Positions 44,433-54,427 of a stretch of 64,000 nucleotides of DNA are shown piece after piece (within the stretch, counting starts at the first letter, position 1; each line of letters starts with the position of its first letter). This DNA comes from a virus (taxonomy: Duplodnaviria > Caudoviricetes): the IMG/VR virus record IMGVR_UViG_3300026094_000002; one strand, 5' to 3'. Under the pieces are notes generated by a model. That model saw only the letters and a program-made list of their open reading frames with translations, ran no database searches and was not told the origin of the DNA. A program made the position numbers and the translations under genes.

Positions 44433-44755
44433 TCTATAGTAAAACTTTCTCCGCAACCACACCTTGCAGACTCATTGGGGTTAATAAATTCAAATGACTC
44501 ATTGATTCCTTTTTTTTGAAAATCAAGAGTCATTCCTTTTAAAAAAACATCGTGCTTGGGATCAATGTATATATCTACCCCATCTATTTGATGTTTGGTC
44601 AAAGATGATAATTCTTCAAGATTAACATACTCCATAACATATGCATATCCTGTACAGCCAGACTTTTTTATACCTATTCTTACGCCGGTAGAATTTGGCT
44701 GTTGATTGATCTTCTCTTGAAGTTTGGTTTTTGCTTGGTCTGTTAAATTAATCAT
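44429..44755 (-). CDS. iscA: IscA/HesB Fe-S carrier protein
   Basis: SGCTGYAY, FEFINPN, RCGCGESF. Confidence 0.93.
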   Translation of the reverse strand: MINLTDQAKTKLQEKINQQPNSTGVRIGIKKSGCTGYAYVMEYVNLEELSSLTKHQIDGVDIYIDPKHDVFLKGMTLDFQKKGINESFEFINPNESARCGCGESFTIE

Positions 44756-44802
44756 TAACCAATATTTACCAGAAAAATTTTAAGGAAGAGATTTTATTTT
44801 TG

Positions 44803-45135
44803 TCATATTTTTGAGGCCCTTTTGGCCATCTTACTAACAATTTTTTCAGCTTCATCTGCTGGCATTTCTTCTGCTTGCTCAGAGTCTTGTCCTTGAAAAA
44901 TAACTTTACCCTTTGAGATATCTTTTATTAAGTTGTTTAACGGAGGTTGTTCAACAAGATCATATAAATCATCGCGAGCCATAGAAACGCCCATACCATG
45001 AGCTAGTTCAATAAATGCATCTATGCTTATACCAATTTCTGCATTGGTTTCTTTGCTTCTTTCGGAAACAAATTGTGCAAGTGCAGTAAGTTTGGCGATT
45101 GAAGTACTTGGTGCAGTAACTTCATTTATTTTCAT
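44803..45135 (-). CDS. Hypothetical virion-associated protein
   Basis: MKINEV leader; coupled to the upstream ORF. Confidence 0.65.
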   Translation of the reverse strand: MKINEVTAPSTSIAKLTALAQFVSERSKETNAEIGISIDAFIELAHGMGVSMARDDLYDLVEQPPLNNLIKDISKGKVIFQGQDSEQAEEMPADEAEKIVSKMAKRASKI

Positions 45136-46367
45136 TATCGACGTTCTCGGCCAAGGTCAGCGTCTATATCAGTCTCTTCGGTATCACCTAGATCTAGATC
45201 TGGGGTGTCTTCATCATCAAGATCTAAATCAATATCATCATCACCGAGATCTGTATCTAAGTCTGAATCCATTTCGTCTTCTTCGCCGGGGACAGACAGT
45301 GTTTCTTCACCAGTAAGAGCAGACAATCCATTATTCATTTTTTCTTTTGTGCTCTGAAGAGACTGTATTAGTTCATCAAGTGCTGGACCAATATTTTGCT
45401 GAAAAGAATCTGCTTCACTTGTACCTAAATCTGTTCTGGCTTGATCAACAAGTGCAGGGAGGTCTTTGTATTGAACTTCTGAAACATCTTCAATCATTTT
45501 TTGAACACGATCAACTAAGTCTTTGGCAGCGAGAACAACTTGTGCTTGTTCAATGTCGCTTTCATCAAGACGACGAGTAGGTCTACCAGACTGCAATGAC
45601 TCCGTTACCTTAACAAACTCTCTAGCAGGTTTGCCGTCTTCTCCACGAACCATGTTAAGTCTATATTGACCTGACTTAAGTCCCTCTACGCCAGTTTCTT
45701 TCCAATGCAATGCATTGCTTCCCTTAGAAAGAAATTTGCCCATATCATCTCTGGTTTTAAAAGCCTTGACCATAACCTTGTTTGAAAGGGATCTGCCCGC
45801 TGATGGCGGCAATGACTTATAAACCGAGAAACTTTCCTTTGCTCCAGCCTCGGATATTTGACTATCGGCTGACTTTGCTGCTACGGCATTTGCTATCTTC
45901 TGTTCGTCTGTGTTTAGTGTTTGTCCACGCTCAAGTTTATCTAATACTGATTGAGTTTCTGGAGCGGCTAGATCAATAGGAATTGTGTCCTGTTCTTCTA
46001 TTTCTTTGTGTTGCTTTTTTCTATGTTTGCTGCTTGTTAGTTTATTTACAGCAGCGGTCCTGGCTGCCGCACCTGCTGCCCTTGCTGCTACACCCGCCAG
46101 AGGGGCAATTTCTTCTAAATCTTCTTCGTTAACTTTGTCCCGGAGAGCTTGTTCAATCATAACAAGTTCAAGATATGCAGGATTCTTTTCACTAGAATGG
46201 AATTTTGGGGTTTTGCGATGCTCTTTTAGCATTTTATTGACTCTGGGAAGCATTGTTTTTGCCTCCTGTACAGTAACCTTGTCAAAATCTACTGTTTTGC
46301 CAAAATGTGATGACATAACTGACGCAACGCGTTTACTCTTAGGTGCATCTAGTTCAAAAAGCTTCAT
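45135..46367 (-). CDS. Probable internal head/scaffold protein
   Basis: MKLFEL leader, several (I/L/V)xE sites, acidic C-terminus; CTAAATA at 46391-46397. Confidence 0.55.
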   Translation of the reverse strand: MKLFELDAPKSKRVASVMSSHFGKTVDFDKVTVQEAKTMLPRVNKMLKEHRKTPKFHSSEKNPAYLELVMIEQALRDKVNEEDLEEIAPLAGVAARAAGAAARTAAVNKLTSSKHRKKQHKEIEEQDTIPIDLAAPETQSVLDKLERGQTLNTDEQKIANAVAAKSADSQISEAGAKESFSVYKSLPPSAGRSLSNKVMVKAFKTRDDMGKFLSKGSNALHWKETGVEGLKSGQYRLNMVRGEDGKPAREFVKVTESLQSGRPTRRLDESDIEQAQVVLAAKDLVDRVQKMIEDVSEVQYKDLPALVDQARTDLGTSEADSFQQNIGPALDELIQSLQSTKEKMNNGLSALTGEETLSVPGEEDEMDSDLDTDLGDDDIDLDLDDEDTPDLDLGDTEETDIDADLGRERR

Positions 46368-46827
46368 GTTCAAATCCTCGTGTTTGAAAGTATTTAGCCA
46401 AGTTAATTAATTTATCTATTTGTTTTATAGACGAATTTAGCTTTTGGTAATCATCTGACAACCTAGCACTAACAATGTCTTTGTCATCTTGACTGTCACA
46501 TTGAGAAAAACGTTTTTTATCAACCAAAATGTTGTTTTCTAACAGTGTTTTTTTACTGTCATAATGCTTCAACAAACGTGATTCTTCTCTTTTTTGATTA
46601 TAAACCAGAATGCACCACGCAGTTGCAGAACGTTTATTTGAAAAAGTATCCACATACTCATTCATTTTATAAACATTTACACCGTGTTCGCTGTTGCGTA
46701 GTTTAAATTTGCCGGGCAACTCCCAAAAATCACCATTTTTTGTAAAAAGTTTTTGGTCAAAAAAACTGCGAGAACTATCCCGCAGTTGTTTAAGATTAGT
46801 TATTACCCGGTCAGTTAACGTATTCAC
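46354..46827 (-). CDS. Hypothetical protein
   Basis: Likely GTG start overlapping the upstream TGA. Confidence 0.6.
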   Translation of the reverse strand: MNTLTDRVITNLKQLRDSSRSFFDQKLFTKNGDFWELPGKFKLRNSEHGVNVYKMNEYVDTFSNKRSATAWCILVYNQKREESRLLKHYDSKKTLLENNILVDKKRFSQCDSQDDKDIVSARLSDDYQKLNSSIKQIDKLINLAKYFQTRGFEHEAF

Positions 46828-47084
46828 CCTAATATCAGTGTTCCTATTGCCCATCCAGATACTGCTAGGAGAACTGCTATTACTCCTCCAGCCCATTTTA
46901 GTATTTGATCGCTTCGTCGTTCGTTGCTTCTTATAATGCATTCGTGTATTTGTTTAGTCAATTTTTCTAAGTCATCAACTTTTTCTTCAACCGTTGCCAT
47001 TTTTTCTTCTAAAAAACGGTATCTGGCTGCACATAAGTCAACGTGTGTCTCTAAACTCTTTTTTTCTAAGTCTGTTGGTTCCAT
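46824..47084 (-). CDS. Coiled-coil protein with C-terminal TM (holin/XhlA-like)
   Basis: MEPTDLE... coiled coil then WAGGVIAVLLAVSGWAIGTLILG. Confidence 0.55.
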   Translation of the reverse strand: MEPTDLEKKSLETHVDLCAARYRFLEEKMATVEEKVDDLEKLTKQIHECIIRSNERRSDQILKWAGGVIAVLLAVSGWAIGTLILG

Positions 47085-47171
47085 TGCTGATTTCTCTGGT
47101 CGATGCATGGTCGCCGCTCCTCCATACGCATAAAGAACATTATGTTCATACTGCCTTTCTAGTAGTAATTA

Positions 47172-47621
47172 TCATTCTGCTATTTCAAAATATATGTTGA
47201 GTAAATTACCGTTTGTCACAAGATATGGAGTTAATTCAATAGATTCATTTAATCCTGTTAACATAGGAACACCAGTTGCATCATCTACGAGAGCACCCAA
47301 CTCATTGTTTTTACTGTAAAAAACACTAGCGTGCTCAACTTCAAAATTAAATTTCCATGCATTGATTTTTTTGTTTTCGGTCTTCCAATTAACATCTACT
47401 TTGCGAGGACCGATTATTCTTAATGGTTGAGAACGCAATGATATTATTTGAAGAATTGTTTCACAGTTCCTTTGTTGGTTTCTGGCACGAATCCATTCTT
47501 TTTCATTGTTTATCACATTTCCGTGTTTATCTTTCATTGGAAACTGTGCTGCACGAATATGACTGCGTATTCCCGTATCTGTTATATCAAACAGCGTGTA
47601 GCAATTGATGCTGGTAAACAT
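47172..47621 (-). CDS. Hypothetical late protein
   Basis: TAAATA 6 nt upstream of ATG. Confidence 0.7.
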   Translation of the reverse strand: MFTSINCYTLFDITDTGIRSHIRAAQFPMKDKHGNVINNEKEWIRARNQQRNCETILQIISLRSQPLRIIGPRKVDVNWKTENKKINAWKFNFEVEHASVFYSKNNELGALVDDATGVPMLTGLNESIELTPYLVTNGNLLNIYFEIAE

Positions 47622-47640
47622 ATGCTTTATTTAAGCAATA

Positions 47641-47667
47641 AAAAACCCCAAGCGATTAAACTCGGGG
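47641..47667 (-). terminator. Rho-independent terminator
   Basis: CCCCGAG-TTTAATCG-CTTGGGG-TTTTT. Confidence 0.8.
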
Positions 47668-47694
47668 CTTAAACAATTAAAATTAAATTGTGTT

Positions 47695-48102
47695 TTAGAC
47701 AGCGTCGGCTGTAGCGATTGCTAGACCTGTTGCTGTAACAGTTGCTGAACTAAGGTCAACACCATCAACAGTGCCAAGATCCTGAATAGCAGTTTGAAGC
47801 TGTGTGATCTGGTCGTTCTCGGCTGGGTCAGCAGAACCGGTGAGCAAAAGAGGCTCGGCGGCGAATGTCTGCTGTGTGCCACCGTCAAATAACGGACCAG
47901 CAGCAACTAGTGTTGTAAACTGCTGAATTGCACGATAAACAGAGTCTACTGCACCATTTGGTCCTAGTGACTCGCTAACGTCATTGATGTAATCAACGGT
48001 GAAGAAACCAATGTTCTTACCGACTACTTCCCACTGGTTCTCACTTGGATTCTGTGGGTTAACTGTTGCTGATTGTGGATTTACTTTTGTAACTCCTGCC
48101 AT
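47695..48102 (-). CDS. Small probable virion structural protein
   Basis: Perfect TATAAATA promoter, AGGAG SD and own terminator; G/A/T/V-rich. Confidence 0.65.
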   Translation of the reverse strand: MAGVTKVNPQSATVNPQNPSENQWEVVGKNIGFFTVDYINDVSESLGPNGAVDSVYRAIQQFTTLVAAGPLFDGGTQQTFAAEPLLLTGSADPAENDQITQLQTAIQDLGTVDGVDLSSATVTATGLAIATADAV

Positions 48103-48145
48103 TTTAATATCTCCTAATAATAATTGGACTTTGTTGTCCTACAAG

Positions 48146-48153
48146 TATTTATA
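48146..48153 (-). promoter_or_regulatory. T4-type late promoter (perfect consensus)
   Basis: TATAAATA. Confidence 0.8.
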
Positions 48154-48189
48154 CAAAAGAGAAATTATTAGAGATACTTTGCAGAAAAT

Positions 48190-48762
48190 TCAAACAACAT
48201 ATCCTTTATTTTGGGCCACTCTTTTTAGAATCATATGAAGGTCACTGAAGAATACTGGATTACGAATTAGTAGCAGTAACCTCTTGATTACCTGAACTTT
48301 TTGGTTATCTGGTAACTTTGGATAATCATTTGTTTCTCTACGTAATTGATAGTGTGCGGAGCCAAGACCACCAAGTTGTCTTTGCAGAATTAACATCATC
48401 TTTTCATAATCATTTGCATTAAGTTTTCCACTTTCAAGTTCACGAAGATTTCGTCTCAGCCGCATTTCAGGAACACTTAGAGCATTATCAATTTCTATTT
48501 TATCTGCAAACCGATTTTTATTTTGAATGAATACAACAAGGTTGAAAATATCTGGGCTTGTTACCCGAAAACCATTAAATTGTGGATGTCTCATTATTGC
48601 TTTTGCATACTTCGCAGCGGCTTTTGAATCTTCATAATACAATAGCCGCAAAGCCAGCAAATGATTAAAAAGAGTACGACCCAATTCATCAATGTCTTTG
48701 CCATCAATACGGTCTAATCTGCGTATTAATCGTGCCTCGTTGAGTTCTTTGATAAACTTCAT
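48190..48762 (-). CDS. Hypothetical protein
   Basis: MKFIKELNE leader; ATGA-coupled. Confidence 0.7.
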   Translation of the reverse strand: MKFIKELNEARLIRRLDRIDGKDIDELGRTLFNHLLALRLLYYEDSKAAAKYAKAIMRHPQFNGFRVTSPDIFNLVVFIQNKNRFADKIEIDNALSVPEMRLRRNLRELESGKLNANDYEKMMLILQRQLGGLGSAHYQLRRETNDYPKLPDNQKVQVIKRLLLLIRNPVFFSDLHMILKRVAQNKGYVV

Positions 48763-50603
48763 GACACCCCATCCGCATTCTTTTGGAAGTTAGCAGCAGA
48801 AAATCTCATTCGGTCAACATACTTCAAACCATCATTAACATACCCCTCATGTCCGGGCTTGCCATTGATAGTGGCTTTTACTTCGTTTGCTTGACTGTCC
48901 AACTGTCTAACAACATCATTTTTAAGTTTGCTTATTTCTGCAAATGACCGCATTGCTGATACCAGTCCATATCGGTTTTCTTTTAACCAATCAAAAATGC
49001 GAGAAACTTTGCCAGTGCTCTCTTTTTCTCTGATCCAATCTGGAAATTCAGCAATAAGATTTTCTAAACTTCCTTCACGGACACGAGAGTTGATATACTG
49101 TTTCATTAGTGCCGGAAGGTTAGTAATCTTACGGTTACGCAATTCTTGTGGGTTAAACAAACGATCAATTTGCTCACTACGCTCACTAAGAATTTTCTCA
49201 ACATTTGAAAGTATTTTGCTATCTAATGCAATCTGCCGTGGCTCTTTGATAGTTGGATCTAAGATAAGAACGCCTTTAGAGGGCTGCAAAACATCAGAGG
49301 TGATTGGCGAGGAACCACCACCCGGGTATGGCATATATGTATGGATGGCAATACCAACTTGACTATTGGCAACTTTTTTTCCTAAGTCACCATCTGTTGG
49401 TATTCTGTATGTCACTGTATTAGGAGTAAACTCAAATGCACCGTCTACTACTGCAGGTCGGGCAGAGTACAATAAATCTCCTTTAACATACCCTTCAAAG
49501 TCTTTTGGAATAGTCCGCTCCAATAGTGGAAACAGATTAGCGTAAAGGCGTATAAGATCTGCTCTATCGCCTTTTCTGTTGTCCATAATTCTTTTTATAT
49601 CTTCAGGACTAGTTGCAAGACCGTCATAACTTTTAGAGTTAAACGCACTCTTATCAGTTAGAATAAACTGACCGTCTGGCTTTCTACCAAAAATAATTGC
49701 TGGCATTCCATCCCACTTTACAGTGGTATTTTGTGGGTCTTCTACTACAGACTTTAGCCCATCAAGGGCTCGTTTTAATCCGGCAGAGCCATGATCAAAC
49801 ACCAAGTCTTCTGGGTGGTCAATGCGAGCATTTTCAACTATAACTTGCATTCCATGATTGACAATTCTATCACGCAGTCTGGCTAAAAAACTTGTATTGC
49901 TTTCGTCCACCGAATCAGAAGGGAATTCAAATGTAATACCATTTTTGTCAGCATATTCTTTGAATGCTTCCATCTTATTTTCCTGCTCTGGATCATCTTT
50001 AAGATGTGCAAGAATTTTTTCTACACTTCCTAAATCATCGGCAGTGGCATTAGAGTTTATGATAATTTTTGCAATCTGATCTGGATCATTGGAAACCAGT
50101 TTGCCTGTATCTCTGTCAGTAATACCTTGATGTGGAGTTAATTTATATCCCAGTGCTTTTGCAATACTGTTGATGAGAATATTTCGGGTGGCACCACGAT
50201 AAACAGTATCTGCATCCTGTCTGAATAAGAATTTGGCAAAGTCGGGCTGCTCAAAAAACATAAAATCAACTTGAACAAATCCATACTTGGGATTGCCCAT
50301 AATTGGTGCCCGAAAGTGTACAGAATCACCAGTCTTTTTAACCCAATGATCTGGATTCTCTCCTTGCTCAATTACTGCACGAGAAAGAATATCAGCAAGT
50401 TGTTGCTTTTCTATTTTAGTGGAATCAACTGCCAAGTCTATGTCGCCTGATTTAGGCTTTTGTCCGGTGCTACCAAGTTGATAATCAGTTAGCGGCAGGC
50501 CAGTTAACCCCTCTAACCACTTTACCGTGGGTTGTACTTGATCTTGGTCAATTGGCTGAGTTAGTGGCTTACCACCGGGCATTTTAAAAACATTACCGCC
50601 CAT
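48759..50603 (-). CDS. Pol-beta-type nucleotidyltransferase fused to a KxDG ligase-like domain
   Basis: LGSTGQKPKSGDIDLAVD and VQVDF; TVKWDGMPAIIFG and VKGDLLY; start MGGNV with GAGGA SD. Confidence 0.7.
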   Translation of the reverse strand: MGGNVFKMPGGKPLTQPIDQDQVQPTVKWLEGLTGLPLTDYQLGSTGQKPKSGDIDLAVDSTKIEKQQLADILSRAVIEQGENPDHWVKKTGDSVHFRAPIMGNPKYGFVQVDFMFFEQPDFAKFLFRQDADTVYRGATRNILINSIAKALGYKLTPHQGITDRDTGKLVSNDPDQIAKIIINSNATADDLGSVEKILAHLKDDPEQENKMEAFKEYADKNGITFEFPSDSVDESNTSFLARLRDRIVNHGMQVIVENARIDHPEDLVFDHGSAGLKRALDGLKSVVEDPQNTTVKWDGMPAIIFGRKPDGQFILTDKSAFNSKSYDGLATSPEDIKRIMDNRKGDRADLIRLYANLFPLLERTIPKDFEGYVKGDLLYSARPAVVDGAFEFTPNTVTYRIPTDGDLGKKVANSQVGIAIHTYMPYPGGGSSPITSDVLQPSKGVLILDPTIKEPRQIALDSKILSNVEKILSERSEQIDRLFNPQELRNRKITNLPALMKQYINSRVREGSLENLIAEFPDWIREKESTGKVSRIFDWLKENRYGLVSAMRSFAEISKLKNDVVRQLDSQANEVKATINGKPGHEGYVNDGLKYVDRMRFSAANFQKNADGVS

Positions 50604-50868
50604 CGTCTGTTCCTCGTGGGGTGGCCTTTCGTAACATTCGTGCAAACTTATTAGCGTCACGGTTACGAATGGCGTTTAAAAATTTTCGTGTTAGGTTTTC
50701 GGCTTCTTCTTCTGTGTAAGATTCTTCAATTTGTTCAATCAAACGCACAGCACTTGCTATCACATTTCTGGCACGACTTTCAATGATATAATTTTGATCA
50801 CGACCAGAGTGCTTTTCTTGATAGATAGACTCTAACTCGTCCAGAATGCTGCGAGTGTGTTTTTGCAT
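50593..50868 (-). CDS. Hypothetical late protein (91 aa)
   Basis: ATAAATA at 50888-50894; AAGGA SD. Confidence 0.7.
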   Translation of the reverse strand: MQKHTRSILDELESIYQEKHSGRDQNYIIESRARNVIASAVRLIEQIEESYTEEEAENLTRKFLNAIRNRDANKFARMLRKATPRGTDDGR

Positions 50869-50890
50869 ACTTAGGAATCCTTTTAGATAT

Positions 50891-52006
50891 TTATTTCAAT
50901 TCAAATTGTAACAAACTGTACATTTTATCTAAATCAACAATAGCCATTGACTCTGGTTGTTCAACGAGTAATATTTCTTTGATATCATGGTAGTTGTCAA
51001 TAAAAAACTGTTTTTCTTTTACGCTGTTTAAGTTAAGAAAAGCAGTTTCAAAAAGTGTTCGGGGTTGTCTTGCCCACTCTAAATTTTTAATAATTCTTTG
51101 CTGAACGGTTTTATCTTTAATGATGGTTTTTGCATCACTAAACACGGTTTTATTTAATTCCATCATTTGCCATGATCTGGTAGATGCATTCTCAATATGC
51201 TGATATGAAGTATCGATTATATCATCAAATACATCAAATCCCATACTCTTTAAAAAATTACAAGAATTATATCCACTTACTATAGGTATTGTCAAACCAT
51301 ATAAAGCATTTAGATATTTTTCAGTGATATTACAATCATTTTCCCAAAACACAGGCTCTAAGACAATAGAAAACACACTTTGATAAAATACGTCTGATAC
51401 ATTTTGCTGAAAATTTGTTGCATTACCACCAGCATATTCAGATCCGATCCATTTTTTAGGCATTGTTTCAATCGTTATATTTGAACTATTTTTATAATCT
51501 GTAATACCTCCAATCTGTAATAATTCATATAATTGGTGAGTCACATCCGCCTGATTCCATGATTGTGTATACAAAAAATCATAATGTTGTTTGTTGTTAT
51601 TAAGCCAACAACTTGTCAAGAGTCTATCAGGTCGAATCTTGTTCATTACAATATTAAAAGCACATGTTTTTTTTTCAAAAATGTTTGAAGTATTGGCAAT
51701 TTTCATTTGATAAGAATACAAATTGCATTCTCTTATAACAAAAAAACTACAAAACAGACTAGAAAAAGTGCTAGAGAATTGATTTCCGGTCGTGTCAATT
51801 ATTATATTGTTTTCATAATCAATATTAAACTTTTTAAATAATTCTAGCAGTGTGTTCTTGCCAACTAATGCATCTCTTTTTTCTTCTAGTGTTACTTCTG
51901 AGTCTTCTACTATATTTTCAGCAGTAGGAACATGATCAGTATTAATGTAAAAATCAACATCATATAATTTTTCAGTATCAGGGGCTATTACTTGGTAACT
52001 TTTCAT
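50891..52006 (-). CDS. GT10-like glycosyltransferase (paralog of 21054..22430)
   Basis: FSIVLEPV...ITEKYLNAL...IPIVSG...GFDVFDDIIDTSY; AT-rich. Confidence 0.55.
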   Translation of the reverse strand: MKSYQVIAPDTEKLYDVDFYINTDHVPTAENIVEDSEVTLEEKRDALVGKNTLLELFKKFNIDYENNIIIDTTGNQFSSTFSSLFCSFFVIRECNLYSYQMKIANTSNIFEKKTCAFNIVMNKIRPDRLLTSCWLNNNKQHYDFLYTQSWNQADVTHQLYELLQIGGITDYKNSSNITIETMPKKWIGSEYAGGNATNFQQNVSDVFYQSVFSIVLEPVFWENDCNITEKYLNALYGLTIPIVSGYNSCNFLKSMGFDVFDDIIDTSYQHIENASTRSWQMMELNKTVFSDAKTIIKDKTVQQRIIKNLEWARQPRTLFETAFLNLNSVKEKQFFIDNYHDIKEILLVEQPESMAIVDLDKMYSLLQFELK

Positions 52007-52007
52007 A

Positions 52008-53408
52008 CTATTGACTTTTTATTTGATTAAGCATTTGCTTTAATTTTGTACTTTGCACATCAGCGTCAATTTTTCCCGACTCGGATGATTCAGAATCTAT
52101 TACTCCTGTAGAATTTCCAGTACTATCTCTGTCTCTAAGAGAGTTTAAAATACTGGGCTGTGATGATGATGATTCTGCTTCACTTAAGTCACTAATTCTT
52201 AGGCATTCCATATCAAATTCTAAATCGACTTTTTGACCAACACCGGAACTTGAGCGTGTTTTCATTAACTGTATTTGGTACCGACCACGCTCACGCATAG
52301 AACGACTAGTGAAAATACCAAATACATTATCTGCAGTGTTTATTTTAGAAATACCACCTGAAATATGTGAATGATCAAATTCTATCTCATCGACACTTGA
52401 GCGATTTAATTGTGAAGCTGTCACAAAAAGAACCCCCAATTCTTTTGCAAGATTCCGCAGTTCTTCTGAAACATACTTGTCTTTAACAAATAAATCATTA
52501 GGAGAAACTTTCGCACTTACTGGCATTAGTAGGTCAAGATAATCAACACAAATAAAGTCAATTTGCCTACCAGTCTTTATTGATAGTTCTTTTACATATG
52601 CACGGATGTCATTAACTGTGCTCTGTGCATTCATATACTTTATTTGCAATGTGCCAGACTTCTTAGACATCATCTTGACTTTCATTTCTACAGTGTCAAG
52701 GTCTTTAAAAATCTCTTTAGAACCAGTATTAGTCAACATACCATCAAGACGCATAGCAGTCAACCCTTCGGAAAGTTCTAGGGTTATATAAACGCCATTT
52801 AATCCGGCTTCTATCCAATTGACAGATAGGTTTTGCATAAACAAACTTTTGCCTGAGCCAGAACCACCAGCAAAAATCTGTAATTCACCACGATTAAAGC
52901 CGCCATATAACACTTTGTCTAACGCTGACCACCCAGTCGAGTTTTGCCCATTATTTTCTTTAAGGGCAGTCAACCTTGCACGTGGATCGTCAAAATAATC
53001 TAGACCCATATCTTTGGTTAAACTTATTTGAACCGCATCTTTTATAAGTTTCTCTACAGGATCATAATCACCTTTCTCTAACAAGTCAGCAGACTTTAGT
53101 ATCGCTCGCTCTAATTCTTGACGACGTGTAAATGCTTCAAATTCTTCTAATAGCCAATCAAAATGTCCATCATTAAGCCCGTCAATTGGCTGCAATTTGA
53201 TACCAGTGGTTGCAGAAATCTGCTCACGCTCTGGCATTGTGTAGTATTTGTCACAATGCTCTTGTATAAATTCGGCAACTGGTCGCAATTGCTGGTCAAA
53301 ATTTAGTGGATTGAATATATTCTGAATACGCACATAAAGTTCTGCATCATAAAGAAGCATTTCTAGAAATAATTGTTGAACTTCTGGTCCATATTCTTTA
53401 AGTGGCAA
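52008..53408 (-). CDS. dnaB: Replicative DnaB-like helicase
   Basis: GGSGSGKS, YITLELSE, VDYLDL, ASQLNR, KINTAD. Confidence 0.92.
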   Translation of the reverse strand: MPLKEYGPEVQQLFLEMLLYDAELYVRIQNIFNPLNFDQQLRPVAEFIQEHCDKYYTMPEREQISATTGIKLQPIDGLNDGHFDWLLEEFEAFTRRQELERAILKSADLLEKGDYDPVEKLIKDAVQISLTKDMGLDYFDDPRARLTALKENNGQNSTGWSALDKVLYGGFNRGELQIFAGGSGSGKSLFMQNLSVNWIEAGLNGVYITLELSEGLTAMRLDGMLTNTGSKEIFKDLDTVEMKVKMMSKKSGTLQIKYMNAQSTVNDIRAYVKELSIKTGRQIDFICVDYLDLLMPVSAKVSPNDLFVKDKYVSEELRNLAKELGVLFVTASQLNRSSVDEIEFDHSHISGGISKINTADNVFGIFTSRSMRERGRYQIQLMKTRSSSGVGQKVDLEFDMECLRISDLSEAESSSSQPSILNSLRDRDSTGNSTGVIDSESSESGKIDADVQSTKLKQMLNQIKSQ

Positions 53409-54390
53409 TGGATACCTCTAATTTTCGCTTGAGTTTCTTCTTATTCATCTCTATTTTGATCCGACTATGTTCTGCATTTTGTATAATAGTTATTATTGTT
53501 GATAGACGCCCTATTTTTCTGAAAGCATCATTTATATCTTTACACCCGTCTGGCCATTCAAGTGGAATGCTTACCGACCATCCCAGTTCTAATGCTCGGT
53601 CTATCATACTCATTCCTGCTTTATCGTGGTCAGGAACTACAATGACCTCACGCCGAAGCCGATTGATCAACTCTGCTTGTTGTGGTGAAACCGTGCTATG
53701 CATTACCGACAGGCCATCAATGGAAAGTGCATCAAAAATGCCTTCGGTAACAATGGCATATTTCCAATTTTCTTGTTGTAAGTCTATACCAAACACATAT
53801 CCGGGTTGGCTGTTTGAAAGATACTTTGGTTTACGATTGTCAAGAAATCTAATTGAATATCCCACTGTTTTTTCATCGTGGGTAAATGGTACTAGTATTC
53901 CTTCACGACCATATTCATTAGAATCAATTGCCATCAGCGGATATGAGTCGTCGATACATCTGCTATTCAGATACTCTTTGTGATTTAAATGTTTGGCGTT
54001 GATCAGTTCAATGTTTTCAGGCAATTCTTTAGATTCAAAGTTAATCTGTTTTTTCTTTGGCTGATTATAATTTATTGTAGCCACAATATCATTCATAGAA
54101 CGATATTTCAAACTTTCTAAATTGATTCTATCAATCTCTGTAGCATCAACGCCCAACCACTGAAGAAAACTTCTTGCTTTAAAGTTTAGGTTACGGCCAT
54201 TTTTAAAGCCACACTTAAATCCACAATTAAAACAGTTATAGGTCCAACCTTCCTCTGTGGTGATTAATCCACCACGATTTTTAGTATCAGGGGTTTCGCC
54301 ATTGTGAATACAGCACGGTCCCGAAAAACTAATCCACCCAGATGGAGTGGTTTTGGCATTGGCTGGAAGATATTGTCTAACATCCATCAT
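53398..54390 (-). CDS. DNA primase (Zn finger plus TOPRIM)
   Basis: PCCIH...YNCFNCG, VTEGIFDA, PDHD, KDINDA. Confidence 0.9.
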   Translation of the reverse strand: MMDVRQYLPANAKTTPSGWISFSGPCCIHNGETPDTKNRGGLITTEEGWTYNCFNCGFKCGFKNGRNLNFKARSFLQWLGVDATEIDRINLESLKYRSMNDIVATINYNQPKKKQINFESKELPENIELINAKHLNHKEYLNSRCIDDSYPLMAIDSNEYGREGILVPFTHDEKTVGYSIRFLDNRKPKYLSNSQPGYVFGIDLQQENWKYAIVTEGIFDALSIDGLSVMHSTVSPQQAELINRLRREVIVVPDHDKAGMSMIDRALELGWSVSIPLEWPDGCKDINDAFRKIGRLSTIITIIQNAEHSRIKIEMNKKKLKRKLEVSIAT

Positions 54391-54397
54391 TAGTTAG

Positions 54398-54427
54398 ATT
54401 ATATCACTTTTCGATGCTTGAAATCAA
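54398..54427 (-). promoter_or_regulatory. sigma70 promoter, near-leaderless primase mRNA
   Basis: TTGATT-18-TATAAT-7 nt-ATG. Confidence 0.6.

Noticed and set aside
37062-53408. Inteins or introns in nrdA, nrdB or the helicase
   Set aside because: Lengths and motif spacing are normal with no insertions
53402-53983. 193-aa plus-strand ORF; likewise 48928..49362, 45985..46410, 6995..7417 and 11150..11569
   Set aside because: Antisense shadows of well-supported genes, with biased Ser/Leu/Ile composition and no independent signals
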